Shown: positions 35,923 to 45,649, numbered from the stretch's first letter. The stretch: DNA of 64,000 bases from Chlamydiota bacterium (GCA_031423235.1 JANPFC010000054.1:13691-77690); one strand, 5' to 3'. Notes: generated from the sequence alone by a model not told the origin. Numbers and translations: made by a program.

Positions 35923-36429
35923 ATGGCACGAAAATGCTCAGTATTTTTAGTGGTTTTTATGGCTCTTTTTACTGCGCCATTAATGGGGTCGATCATCAAG
36001 AAGCCGCCGGCCAAACCGATGGAAACTCTCTACAAAGATCTCGTGTGTACCGAAACCGACCGGATGAATATCTATGAAATCGTCTCTACAATGGCGGAAA
36101 AAGGGAAGCTTGGCCTCCTCTTCCAGCAAAATCATCTACGAGAAGTTGGCGCGCAAATCAATCATGTCCACCCTTTAAAATTTCTAGCTGTTATCATTAA
36201 GGACCCCCATTTGAAATCATGCATGTTTTACATTTGGGATGATTATTTCAAACGAAATGGTTTTTTAGATGGCCTGGGACCTTCTTTGACAAGAGAGGCG
36301 GAAAAAGGTAAACTTCACATCTATATTAACGACTTTTCATCAGATATTGGAGCTTCTCCAGAAGTGCTGAAGAGTTACTTTGATGCCCGCGATTGGGAAA
36401 ATATGGTCTTGTTCCTGATCCAATCATAG
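35923..36429 (+). CDS. Secreted hypothetical protein (paralogous domain with next gene; N.HVHPL block)
   Basis: Signal peptide MARKCSVFLVVFMALFTAPLMG. Shared block LREVGAQINHVHPLKFL versus LNQLGNEIHHVHPFALL. Confidence 0.6.
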   Translation: MARKCSVFLVVFMALFTAPLMGSIIKKPPAKPMETLYKDLVCTETDRMNIYEIVSTMAEKGKLGLLFQQNHLREVGAQINHVHPLKFLAVIIKDPHLKSCMFYIWDDYFKRNGFLDGLGPSLTREAEKGKLHIYINDFSSDIGASPEVLKSYFDARDWENMVLFLIQS

Positions 36430-36434
36430 GAAAC

Positions 36435-37085
36435 ATGGAAGTTCAAATACCCGACACCGAGGATCCTTATTACATCTATAAAGCCCTCTCTCCAGAGCCT
36501 CAGAAGTGGGAATCTCTGGGAAATATTGGGCTTTTTAGCTGCGCTTTTGTAGCTATAGGCGCGTTCGTTCCAGCTGCTATGAAAAAGCGGGTCTACACTT
36601 TTACCCCAATGCCTACTGCTGGCGCTCCACCCCCAGTTGAAGCCATTGCAGCTGAAGTGGGTGCGGAGCCGGGCGTAATACCCGCCCCCCGATGCACACC
36701 GGAAGAAAAAGCGAAAATCGTTGAGCTATTCACCACAATTGCTGATGGCAGCATGGCCAGTTTAGCATGGTCGGCCTACAGACTGAATCAACTGGGTAAT
36801 GAAATACACCACGTCCACCCTTTTGCCCTTCTCCAAGCTATGCCTCGAGAAAAAATACGGCAGATCTTTTTAAGCGACAGCGCTTTTAAAAAAGGGAGGA
36901 TCATTAACGGCATCAACGAAGGGATGCAAAGAGAACGGGACAGAAATAATCTGAACCGCTACATCCCCGGCTTTGCAAGTTCCATGCAAAAGGAAGAGGC
37001 CCGTACTAGGCAGTTGATTCAAGCGGCCGACTGGCTTGGGCTTGTCCAATACTTGTTTGAAATACCTGCTGCGCGTGCGGGGTGA
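36435..37085 (+). CDS. Hypothetical protein, paralogue of 35923..36429, with one hydrophobic segment
   Basis: ATG at 36435 lies 5 nt after the upstream stop. The track start at 36393 would overlap. Last 80 nt overlap the convergent gene. Confidence 0.55.
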   Translation: MEVQIPDTEDPYYIYKALSPEPQKWESLGNIGLFSCAFVAIGAFVPAAMKKRVYTFTPMPTAGAPPPVEAIAAEVGAEPGVIPAPRCTPEEKAKIVELFTTIADGSMASLAWSAYRLNQLGNEIHHVHPFALLQAMPREKIRQIFLSDSAFKKGRIINGINEGMQRERDRNNLNRYIPGFASSMQKEEARTRQLIQAADWLGLVQYLFEIPAARAG

Positions 37086-38340
37086 TCATTTCGGGCGTTA
37101 AGATTTTCGCTCCTCGCAATTTCTGCAAATAGACAGCGCTTGCCGCTTCCCAGCCTGGAATTCCTTCTAGAAGATCTTGCCCCTTCTTCGCCTCTGAGTG
37201 GAGCCAAATCTCTCCTGTGCTTACGCACATCAGCTCCATCGCAGTCTGTCCCCCCGAACGGGTACAAGTGATATCGCTTCGATAGAATAGAGGCGCTATC
37301 ACATCTTCATTTTGAAAGGAAAATGGGATGATCGATAAGTTTTTTGGGTAATCTTTAATGCGGCCAGCAGCATCGGCTACTTTCCGGAAGAGAGAATCTT
37401 CCCCCTCTTGATGATCTGCGCAAAAGACAAAGAGGTGCGTTGTGATTTTAGGGAATTGTTTTGCAAATGAGGCAAATTTTTTCACATAATTCAAAGTCGC
37501 TTCGCTTGCAGGCTGCGATCCAAGCAAAATAGTGACCATCCGATCTGACGCTTCCACTGCAAATTCGACTTCATTTGCTTTTACTTTGGAGCGGATCGAT
37601 CCTCTTTGGAATGTTTTTTGCATCAGCCGTACCTCTTCCTCGTTTTTGGTAGCGACACTGATGCGCATCGATTCTACGGGCCGGCTCTTTCCTTTATATT
37701 GGCGGAAGGCTTGGCGGACATAGACCTCTTCTAAATTGATCTCTTTTTCAGATAGACCGCAAGTAGATTGCCAGAACTCTTCAGCTGTTTCTCCATCGTC
37801 CAAAAGTGGAGCGATCGTGGTCAACAACACCATATCCCGATTTTTTCTTGAGAGTTTTCTAATGGGACGGAAAAAGTGCGTAGCTTTCTTCGTTGGGAGA
37901 TCGACAAGAACTTTCTCAAGACGTACTTCTTTACCACGCTTTCGATTATAAATGCGGAGAGCTTTTATAATGGCCGAAGTTCCGAGCGGCTGCGTGTCAA
38001 TCACATGATCCACATCTTCTTTGAACAATGTATATAGGGCGTAGCAGAAGATAGTGGGATGGAGAAAAATATCTACTAGAAATTGACCTGATACGCAGAT
38101 CATTTGAGCGGGAATATTCCCTTTTCTTTGGGCTTTATTCCAGAAATTGATGAAATACTCGCCGAGCGGCTTCCAGAGCCAATCTTTCAATAAATCCCGG
38201 CGCACGATCTGCAGACCGGGATTTTTTGCCAACGCTTCCTGAGCCTTAGCATTTGCCGTTTGGATCAATCCCCCGCCACCGCTAGAGGTGATGATAAGGA
38301 GTTTTTTCATCTTCTTTTCGGTAGGATAATCAATCGACAT
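37006..38340 (-). CDS. GT-B glycosyltransferase, MGDG-synthase/UgtP-like
   Basis: N-terminal KKLLIITSSGGGGLIQTANA (compare the ...GGGH..AA motif) and C-terminal TRSGGQTAMELMCV (compare TKPGG.T..E). Confidence 0.55.
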   Translation of the reverse strand: MSIDYPTEKKMKKLLIITSSGGGGLIQTANAKAQEALAKNPGLQIVRRDLLKDWLWKPLGEYFINFWNKAQRKGNIPAQMICVSGQFLVDIFLHPTIFCYALYTLFKEDVDHVIDTQPLGTSAIIKALRIYNRKRGKEVRLEKVLVDLPTKKATHFFRPIRKLSRKNRDMVLLTTIAPLLDDGETAEEFWQSTCGLSEKEINLEEVYVRQAFRQYKGKSRPVESMRISVATKNEEEVRLMQKTFQRGSIRSKVKANEVEFAVEASDRMVTILLGSQPASEATLNYVKKFASFAKQFPKITTHLFVFCADHQEGEDSLFRKVADAAGRIKDYPKNLSIIPFSFQNEDVIAPLFYRSDITCTRSGGQTAMELMCVSTGEIWLHSEAKKGQDLLEGIPGWEAASAVYLQKLRGAKILTPEMITPHAQQVFQTSIGQAQASRPLESTA

Positions 38341-38398
38341 GCAACAATCTCATTAGGTGCTGGTATAATTTTCTATGTAAATGGGAGAGACTCTAATG

Positions 38399-38791
38399 TC
38401 AAGCCCCGATCACTCCGCCCATGACTAGGAATGAGAGAAGTTTGTATCCTGTATCGAGCGCAAATAACTCAAAAGGAGCTCTACCCCAAATGACCGACGA
38501 GATCTGGGTGGTAGCGACGAATCCAAGCCACATGCAGAATCCGACAAACATCCCATCCGTCACAGTTGTAACGCCCAAAGAGGCTTCGAAAAACGCTAAA
38601 AAGTAGGCGATTACAAGCGATGCGATGAATCCATATAACAGACTCATTTTATCCATGTGCTCTTCTTTCATTTTGCGGAGCTTCATCCATTTTGGACCAA
38701 AAAGCCATTTCGAATACCAGAGGAATCCGATAATCATGTTTAGAGCAGCAGCTACAACAACTGTAAGTAGATCGATCTGAATTTGACCCAT
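38399..38791 (-). CDS. DUF1761-like small membrane protein
   Basis: ATG at 38791 follows AGGAGA. The MIIGFLWYSKWLFGPKWMKL block is typical of the family. Confidence 0.65.
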   Translation of the reverse strand: MGQIQIDLLTVVVAAALNMIIGFLWYSKWLFGPKWMKLRKMKEEHMDKMSLLYGFIASLVIAYFLAFFEASLGVTTVTDGMFVGFCMWLGFVATTQISSVIWGRAPFELFALDTGYKLLSFLVMGGVIGA

Positions 38792-38956
38792 TTTTTCTCC
38801 TTTATGGTTATACCTAACAAGATCCAAATAATTTTTTGGATCAAATTAGGTATACCCGCGAGCGATAAAAAAGTCTATCATGGGAAAGAATTTTTCGCGA
38901 TGTCATAATTTAAGGAAATACTCTATACTACACGATCAAAAAATGAAGGAAATTCC

Positions 38957-39823
38957 ATGGCCGTTCAAATCGCTCCAGCACAACCGTTTCCTGTCGCATC
39001 CGAGCACTTGGAACAACTTTCAAGAGGCGTATCCGCCTTTACTGTCGACCCATATAAGAACGCCCTCTATTACTTTTTCCCATTTATTGGGGCTATTTTC
39101 AACAACTACCACGAACTTCGGGTAGACCCCGCTTTAGAGGCGATGATGCCGCCAGTTCAAACGGATCTGATGCTCCGCGAAATCAAGGAATTGACGAATT
39201 GCGCTCAGATCCAGAGGGATGTAATTCCCTACGTCGCCCTCAACCACTCCTTCTCTAACTGCGGAGGATCCTACTCTTTTACAAAACCTGCCCTTTATAT
39301 TCCGGAGCAGCACCTTTTCCGAAGAACAGGCAACAGCCCGTTCCCTCAAGAGCAGCAAGGCGAGAATCTAGCCCAAAAGCAGTGGGTATTTTCTGATGAC
39401 GAAACCCGCTTTCTGATCGCCCGCGAGCTGGGTCAAATCAAAGAGAATAGCGTCCTCCTTAAAGTGGCGATCAAAGTCGCAGTCCTCGCAGCTCTCTTCA
39501 CCATTTACGCCTCCCCTTTTGGTTGGTCCCTCGGTGTTTCTCTATGTATAGGCGCAATCGGGCTCTATATCTTCTCAGAACGGTTTTTTCAATCAAGAGC
39601 AGACATCGTCGGAACAGAAATCCTCGGAAGGCGAATTCAAAATCCGGTAAGAGTTGCGATTAGTGCGCTTGAAAAAATGCGCCAGCAAAACTTATATCGA
39701 CGTGAAAATAGCCAGCTCGCTAGATTGTATATTACGGAAGAGGGCAATAACGTATTGGACTTTATACACCCCTTTCTCACTACAAGACTAAGTGAGTTAA
39801 GAAAATGCGAAAGGAACTTTTAG
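38957..39823 (+). CDS. M48 (HtpX/Ste24)-like membrane protein with degenerate active site
   Basis: ETRFLIARELGQIKEN occupies the place of ...HELGHIK.. (HExxH becomes RELGQ). Two adjacent TM helices follow, then SRADIVGTEILG....AISALEKM, resembling the distal E/ADxxG and saL.kl blocks. Confidence 0.5.
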   Translation: MAVQIAPAQPFPVASEHLEQLSRGVSAFTVDPYKNALYYFFPFIGAIFNNYHELRVDPALEAMMPPVQTDLMLREIKELTNCAQIQRDVIPYVALNHSFSNCGGSYSFTKPALYIPEQHLFRRTGNSPFPQEQQGENLAQKQWVFSDDETRFLIARELGQIKENSVLLKVAIKVAVLAALFTIYASPFGWSLGVSLCIGAIGLYIFSERFFQSRADIVGTEILGRRIQNPVRVAISALEKMRQQNLYRRENSQLARLYITEEGNNVLDFIHPFLTTRLSELRKCERNF

Positions 39824-41043
39824 CAGGTGTATCTACTTTTTTCACAGTTGCCTACCTCATACTCCTCTACCCAAAAATCTTAAGCGAAGGGGGGATTGAC
39901 TTTGGGTCAGCCCTCACAGCAACCATCCTGACAATTGTCGCCTCCACCCTCTTTCTCGCGCTCTACGCCGACTTCCCGGCACTTTTAGCGCCTGGCCTGA
40001 GCGTCGGCCCCTTTCTCGTCTACTCGGTCATTCAGAAACAGCACGCCACCTGGCAAATTGCCTTAGGCCTTGTTTTTTGGGCAGGGCTGGTGATCTTCCT
40101 CCTCAGCCTTTTTAAAGTGCGGCAAAAGATTCTCCTCCACCTCCCCTCTGCGATCAAGTCGGCAGCCATTGGAGGGATCGGCCTTTTTTTAATTTGCGTG
40201 GGTCTAAAAGATCTTGGGCTGCCCCATGAGCCATTCTTCACCATCCCGAATGGGATTGTTCTATTCGGCCTCGTCCTTTTCTTCTCTCTCTACCATTTTA
40301 AAGTAAGCGCCGCATTTCTGATCGCTATTCTAGCCTGCTGGATACTCGCGATCCCGTTTGGTTTAGCCCATTGGAATGGATTTGCAGCGCTCCCCTCTTC
40401 TATCTCCCCCACATTCCTTCATCTCGATCTCATTTCCTCTCTTGAATTTGAATGGTTTGGAACCCTTTTATCGGTGATATTGATCTGTCTATTCGACACA
40501 AGCGCATCGCTGACAGTCCTATCAAAGCTGGCTCATAAAGTGGATCAGAATGGGCATATTAAAAAGATTGATCGGATCGTCATACCGGATGGGCCTGGCA
40601 CGATGTTGGGAGCTCTTCTGGGAACCGGCACCTTGACCTTTACTCTCGAGTCGTCAGCCGGTATCAAAGCGGGAGGCAGGACAAAAATCACGGCGATCAC
40701 AGCTGCCATTTGCTGTCTGATCGGCCTCTTTTTCTATCCTCTGATCTCGTCGATTCCCCTCTTTGCTACAACACCTGCGATCATTGCAATCGGGATCTTT
40801 ATGGCTTTAGAAATCAAATCGATCCGCTGGGGCAAGTTCACCGAGTCGGTTCCAGCGATCATTACGCTGTTTACCATCCCGATTACTTTCAGTATCTATC
40901 AGGGGTTTGCGTTTGGATTTGTCTCTTATGCAATTCTGAAAGCTATAAAGGGGGAATGGAAAGAGGTGCACCCCGTGTGCTGGACGCTCGCCATCATCTT
41001 TGCGGCGCACCTCTCCTGGGCCTTAGCCACGAACCATCTCTAA
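39805..41043 (+). CDS. NCS2-family nucleobase permease (AzgA-like guanine/hypoxanthine type)
   Basis: ELLAGVSTFFTVAYLILLYPKILSEGG at the N-terminus and about 12-13 TM helices. Confidence 0.8.
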   Translation: MRKELLAGVSTFFTVAYLILLYPKILSEGGIDFGSALTATILTIVASTLFLALYADFPALLAPGLSVGPFLVYSVIQKQHATWQIALGLVFWAGLVIFLLSLFKVRQKILLHLPSAIKSAAIGGIGLFLICVGLKDLGLPHEPFFTIPNGIVLFGLVLFFSLYHFKVSAAFLIAILACWILAIPFGLAHWNGFAALPSSISPTFLHLDLISSLEFEWFGTLLSVILICLFDTSASLTVLSKLAHKVDQNGHIKKIDRIVIPDGPGTMLGALLGTGTLTFTLESSAGIKAGGRTKITAITAAICCLIGLFFYPLISSIPLFATTPAIIAIGIFMALEIKSIRWGKFTESVPAIITLFTIPITFSIYQGFAFGFVSYAILKAIKGEWKEVHPVCWTLAIIFAAHLSWALATNHL

Positions 41044-41045
41044 TC

Positions 41046-41597
41046 TTATGATTTGAGGTAGGCCTTTTTGATCTTGATCGGCTCGATAGGGCGATCGCCA
41101 GTTGCAGTTGGAACAGTTTCCATCTTCTTAACAATGTCGTACCCAGTTGTCACTTCGCCGAAAATTGTGTGGCGCATGTTGAGCCATGGAGTCAGAGCTG
41201 TCGTGATGAAGAACTGGCTTCCGTTCGTATTTGGACCGCGGTTCGCCATAGCGAGTAGTCCTGGTTTGTCAAATTTAACATCCGCTCTCACTTCGTCGCC
41301 AAATGATTTGCCCCAGATTGACTCTCCGCCAGCGCCAGTGCCAGTAGGATCGCCGCCCTGAACCATGAAATTCTTGATCACTCTATGGAAAATGATCCCA
41401 TCATAATACCCTTTCGCTACCAGCCCGAGGAAATTCTCGCAGGTCTTTGGCGCCACATCGGGCTTAAGGGTGATTTCAAAATTTCCTATACTAGTTTCAA
41501 ATACGACTACTGAGTTCTTCACAATTGGATTCTCCTGTGCTGTGATCATAAAAGCGGGAAATAGGATTGCCACTAAAAAGGCTATAACTTTTGCCAT
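41046..41597 (-). CDS. ppiA: Cyclophilin-type peptidyl-prolyl cis-trans isomerase, exported
   Basis: FHRVIKNFMVQGGDPTGTGAGGESIWG and GLLAMANRGPNTNGSQFFIT. ATG at 41597 gives the signal peptide MAKVIAFLVAILFPAFMITA. Confidence 0.9.
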   Translation of the reverse strand: MAKVIAFLVAILFPAFMITAQENPIVKNSVVVFETSIGNFEITLKPDVAPKTCENFLGLVAKGYYDGIIFHRVIKNFMVQGGDPTGTGAGGESIWGKSFGDEVRADVKFDKPGLLAMANRGPNTNGSQFFITTALTPWLNMRHTIFGEVTTGYDIVKKMETVPTATGDRPIEPIKIKKAYLKS

Positions 41598-41662
41598 ACA
41601 TTTCTCCAGTTTAAAAGAGAGCAATAGTGCCAAAAATCCCCTTTTGTGCAAAGGTTTAATTT

Positions 41663-42655
41663 ATGGACATTCTCATCATCTTGATCGTAGTTTTGGGTCT
41701 CGTTTTCGACTATACAAACGGCTTTCACGACGCGGCGAACGTGGTCTCGACCGTCATCGCGACGGGCGTACTGGCCCCCCTCTCAGCGATTGTGATGGCG
41801 GGGGTCCTCAACTTCATCGGGGCAACCCAGATCAGCGGCGTGGCCTCCACCATCGCCACGGGCCTTGTCAATGCCGAGGACGCGAGCCAGGTGGCGGTTT
41901 TAGCCGCCGTAATCGGAGCGATCGCATGGAATATCATCACTTGGTACTACGGGATTCCGAGCAGCAGCTCCTACGCCCTCATCGGCGGACTGATTGGCGC
42001 CTCATGGGTCCACCAAGGGACAAGCACCATCATCTGGAAAGGGGTTATTGGCAAAGTAATTATTCCTATGTTCGCCACCCCGATTATCGGATTTATCCTC
42101 GCCTACTTGATCATGAAAGGGCTCTATTGGTATCTCGCGCGCCGCCACGAAAAGCACGGAGACAAAGTCTTTCGCCACCTTCAAATCGGCTCGGCCTGCT
42201 TTGTCGCTCTTTCCCACGGATTGAACGATGCCCAAAAAAGTATGGGTATCATCACGCTTGGACTATTCGCCGGCGGCTACGTAACAACTGCCCACATACC
42301 TCTCTGGGTCATCATCGCGTGCGCTATCATGATGGGGCTTGGGACTGCATCGGGCGGTTTTCGAATCATTAAAACGATGGCATTTTCAATAACAAAGATT
42401 GAGCCGGTCCAGGGTTTTGCCGCTGAAATTTCAGCTTCGGCGATTATTCTTGGGGCGAGCTTCATGGGGATGCCCATCAGCTCTACACAGATGATTGCGG
42501 GAAGTATTGTGGGAGTAGGCACTGCCAAAAGCCACAAAGCGGTCAGTTGGGGAGTGCCTGCACGATTTCTCTACGCCTGGATTTTGACTCTTCCCGGCGC
42601 AGCGATCGTGGGCGGGCTAGTCTATTGGATAGCTACTACCGCAGGATTTTCCTGA
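41663..42655 (+). CDS. pitA: PiT-family inorganic phosphate transporter
   Basis: FDYTNGFHDAANVVSTVI and the second-repeat block HGLNDAQKSMGI. Confidence 0.9.
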   Translation: MDILIILIVVLGLVFDYTNGFHDAANVVSTVIATGVLAPLSAIVMAGVLNFIGATQISGVASTIATGLVNAEDASQVAVLAAVIGAIAWNIITWYYGIPSSSSYALIGGLIGASWVHQGTSTIIWKGVIGKVIIPMFATPIIGFILAYLIMKGLYWYLARRHEKHGDKVFRHLQIGSACFVALSHGLNDAQKSMGIITLGLFAGGYVTTAHIPLWVIIACAIMMGLGTASGGFRIIKTMAFSITKIEPVQGFAAEISASAIILGASFMGMPISSTQMIAGSIVGVGTAKSHKAVSWGVPARFLYAWILTLPGAAIVGGLVYWIATTAGFS

Positions 42656-43236
42656 GCTTCCTCAACTTTTTTGAAGCAGCCCTTGATTTTTCGATACCCT
42701 TGAACAATCGGCAGAGCAAGACCTAAGGTCCGTTTTGACCACTTACCGTGGACCAATACCATTTTCCCCAACCAATGAATATCGTTATGTCTTTCTAGAA
42801 TCTTTGGGTGAGTGAGAATAGCTTCAAAAGCTCTTCTTGCGTGCCAATTTCGAAGACCTGCCTGCATTTCTCTCAAAGGAGCAATAGGATCTTCTGGCTC
42901 CTGGTGTTGCTGCTGGTCATTATGAGCATCGTGGCCCGCATCGATTGGTGCTTGGGGAAGCGCCCCATCCGCTACGGCTCCTGCGCCGTCGGCATCTCCA
43001 TCCTCTTGTCTCACGTTATGACTGCTGAAGAATCTGTTTTGGAGATACTGGGTCCCTTTGAAAGCCGAATAGCCGAGGCCTCCGATCACAATGAACTTCC
43101 AAGAAACCAAGGCCAGCCCAGCAACGCCAATTCCAGCAGCCACTTTGCCCAACTTTACGTATCCGGAGTCATTACTATTATAACCCAAGTTTCTTTGGTT
43201 TAAATACGAATTCAATCTCTGAACGCCAATCATCAT
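42622..43236 (-). CDS. Hypothetical membrane protein with paired hydrophobic segments and His/Asp/Gln-rich tract
   Basis: VAAGIGVAGLALVSWKFIVIGGLGYSAF. No motif recognised. 34-nt convergent overlap with the PiT gene. Confidence 0.5.
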   Translation of the reverse strand: MMIGVQRLNSYLNQRNLGYNSNDSGYVKLGKVAAGIGVAGLALVSWKFIVIGGLGYSAFKGTQYLQNRFFSSHNVRQEDGDADGAGAVADGALPQAPIDAGHDAHNDQQQHQEPEDPIAPLREMQAGLRNWHARRAFEAILTHPKILERHNDIHWLGKMVLVHGKWSKRTLGLALPIVQGYRKIKGCFKKVEEAQENPAVVAIQ

Positions 43237-43346
43237 TTCACCGTAATTATTTTAATACAATTATATCAAATAATTACTTACACAACAATAACTATCAGCA
43301 ATACTGGGATTTGACCCAAATTCACCTGAAAGGCTATATCGGGATT

Positions 43347-43808
43347 ATGAAGAAGTATTGGCCCCTAGCCTGCCTGATCCTGATCGCCGTACTGGCCGCA
43401 TTCGCCCTCCCCTGGAATAACGGGATGGGATGGATGCACTATTTTATGGGCTTTTTCCTCTGCCAATTTGCGATGCTGAAGCTCTTTAAGCCCACTGGCT
43501 TTGCTGAAGGGTTCTCGAAATATGACCTGATTGGCTCGAGAGTCAGACTTTACTGCTACATCTATCCGCTCATCGAGCTCTTCTTAGGACTCGGCTATCT
43601 CTCCTTTTTTGCCCCGCATTTTATCTATTGGTTAACTATCGTCGTCTTAGGAATCGGCGCAATCGGAGTGATTAGCGCGCTGATGAGAGGGCTAGAATTA
43701 CGCTGCGCCTGCATGGGAACCATTCTAGACGTCCCCCTTTCTACAGTCACACTCACTGAAGATTTAGCCATGGTTGCCATGGCCCTCATCCTCCTTTTTG
43801 CTTACTGA
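43347..43808 (+). CDS. MauE/DoxX-like small membrane protein
   Basis: ATG at 43347 (MKKYWPLACLILIAV). The C-terminal block CACMGTILDVPLSTVTLTEDLAMVAMA resembles MauE/DoxX proteins. Confidence 0.55.
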   Translation: MKKYWPLACLILIAVLAAFALPWNNGMGWMHYFMGFFLCQFAMLKLFKPTGFAEGFSKYDLIGSRVRLYCYIYPLIELFLGLGYLSFFAPHFIYWLTIVVLGIGAIGVISALMRGLELRCACMGTILDVPLSTVTLTEDLAMVAMALILLFAY

Positions 43809-44566
43809 CACAAGCAAGAAGAACAGCAATCCTCATCTTGAAGAGGCCGCTTCGGCCGGGAAAACGAAACATACGAGTTCGCAACCGCTTCGAAAAGATC
43901 TAAGATGATTGGCACTAATTTAACATACAGAGCTCTCTCTTCATCTGTGATGATCCCAACATATACACCATCTGCGGGAACTTCTTTGGGAAAAGCTTTT
44001 TCAAGCGCCGCATCCCGCAATTCATTAAGTTTTGTATTGCGCAAATAGTAGAGTTTCATCCAATAGATCACTTCTATCATCGGAATTAGATTTCTCTCTT
44101 TTATAGTGGGGGATAGTTTTTGAATTAATCTAGATGTGAAGACATCAGCATGGTAAGAAAAATAGGTATAAAAAGCTGTAGGATCGTATGAAAAAAGGCT
44201 CACGCGCGAAACGATTGTGTAAATGGCTTCTAATAGAGAGGGACCGGAAGCAGTAGCGATTTCACTTTTCAAGGGTTCATCTTGATAAGCTAGCTCGATC
44301 ATTTTTTGGTGGGCTTGGAGAACCCAATTTTTCTTTTCTGCACCACTTAGCCCCCCTTTAGAGCTAGCGAGCCGCATCAGCGCAAAAAGGGGGGTTGCGA
44401 AGTCGAATTCTTCAAATGACTTTCTATGCTTTGCATAGACCTGGGCAATCTCAATCTCGACAGCCTGCTGCTTGTCCACGTGTACATAATCTGCCGAACT
44501 AACCAAACGCACCGATGCCATTTGTAAACCCTTTGGTTTTTTGGACATGGAATTTAAATAGTGCAC
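43802..44566 (-). CDS. Hypothetical soluble protein ending in Cys cluster plus CaaX-like box (..DEDCCSSCLCQ)
   Basis: 254-aa ORF. The terminal codons were verified on the sequence (43805-43834). Confidence 0.6.
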   Translation of the reverse strand: MHYLNSMSKKPKGLQMASVRLVSSADYVHVDKQQAVEIEIAQVYAKHRKSFEEFDFATPLFALMRLASSKGGLSGAEKKNWVLQAHQKMIELAYQDEPLKSEIATASGPSLLEAIYTIVSRVSLFSYDPTAFYTYFSYHADVFTSRLIQKLSPTIKERNLIPMIEVIYWMKLYYLRNTKLNELRDAALEKAFPKEVPADGVYVGIITDEERALYVKLVPIILDLFEAVANSYVSFSRPKRPLQDEDCCSSCLCQ

Positions 44567-44632
44567 CCGATTTTGTAAAACATTTTCGCTAGTTCATTGA
44601 CAATGCCGACCCTATTTGCTATGCGAAATAGT

Positions 44633-44782
44633 ATGATCCGAAAGCTCCCATCAGGGAAATACCGACTCTACTCCCGAAAAAAGAACCCGAAAACGGGCAA
44701 GAGAAGAAATTTAGGCACCTTCGATACGCGTGCCGGCGCCGTCAAGCACGAGCGGGAAATTCAGTTCTTCAAACGACGCTAG
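44633..44782 (+). CDS. Small basic protein (MIRKLPSGKYRLYSRKKNPKTGKRRNLGTF...HEREIQFFKRR)
   Basis: ORF-track frame 44597..44782. I prefer the ATG at 44633. A TTGACA sequence sits at 44597-44602. Confidence 0.5.
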   Translation: MIRKLPSGKYRLYSRKKNPKTGKRRNLGTFDTRAGAVKHEREIQFFKRR

Positions 44783-44836
44783 TAAAAAATTCTTACCTCC
44801 TTCATTATTCTGCCTCTAAAAAAAATAGGAGCTATT

Positions 44837-45238
44837 ATGTCAGTTAGACCGGCAGGCAATAATCCCACAGACCCTTGGATGATGTTAACGGAAACAGGGG
44901 AGCACGAACTTCCGCCAGATCCAGCAGCTGAAGAGGACAAAAGCCGCGAACTAGAAGCAGAGCAGCGAGAAACAACCCAAGGCGCGCAGATAGCTCTGCC
45001 TCAAGATTTATACGCATCTCATTTCTGCGAAGACGGCCCACCAGCCCAAATTCTTGAATTGCCCCCCCAGCCAGTAACACCCAGGAATTCCCCGAGGAAA
45101 GTTCCTACGCCTCCCCCTGCCGATCCAGCGCCAGCACCCGTTATGCCATTAGACGAGGAAGCACCGCCAGTCGGCAGAGAAAAGAACTGCTGGGACTCTT
45201 TTCTTGCCTGGATTTGCTGCAAGCGCAAGTTGGAATAA
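44837..45238 (+). CDS. Pro-rich acidic hypothetical protein
   Basis: 133 aa, preceded by AGGAG. Contains PPQPVTPRNSPRKVPTPPPADPAPAP. Confidence 0.5.
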   Translation: MSVRPAGNNPTDPWMMLTETGEHELPPDPAAEEDKSRELEAEQRETTQGAQIALPQDLYASHFCEDGPPAQILELPPQPVTPRNSPRKVPTPPPADPAPAPVMPLDEEAPPVGREKNCWDSFLAWICCKRKLE

Positions 45239-45241
45239 GCC

Positions 45242-45649
45242 ATGGTCCCCAGCTTCGTAACAACAGAACCCAGTGGAGGCGTTTGGCGTGTTGTTCGAAA
45301 GGACTTTAGAGATGTAGAAGGTCAGCCCATCTTATCGGTGTCGAAATCGACCCTTTTGGATCCTCCCTATCGAGACCAGGCTGCGGCGGAAGCTGCAGCC
45401 GGAGCGTTCGCAGAAGCCCATGGAGTCCGCCATATTCCGAATGGCAAGGCGTTAGTAACGGTTGTCTTCCTTGGAGACAAGAGCAAAAAGTTGTTTGTAC
45501 CTATTTTACTCAAGGCCGATGGGTCTATGATTCTTGAAGGAGATGGTCTTGCATCGCCCCTTGGCGCAGCCATGCACAAAGCGGCGCAAGTAGCGCGAGA
45601 AAAAGGGGTTCTCTCCGTCCCTCCCACAGAAGTCAAAGAGAAGTCTTAG
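45242..45649 (+). CDS. Hypothetical protein
   Basis: 135 aa, starts 3 nt after the previous stop. Confidence 0.5.
   Translation: MVPSFVTTEPSGGVWRVVRKDFRDVEGQPILSVSKSTLLDPPYRDQAAAEAAAGAFAEAHGVRHIPNGKALVTVVFLGDKSKKLFVPILLKADGSMILEGDGLASPLGAAMHKAAQVAREKGVLSVPPTEVKEKS

Noticed and set aside
41470-42372. 300-aa plus-strand ORF spanning the cyclophilin/PiT junction
   Set aside because: It is an Arg/His/Pro-rich alternative frame that overlaps two genes with unambiguous family motifs (PPIase on the minus strand, PiT in another plus frame), so it is a shadow ORF.
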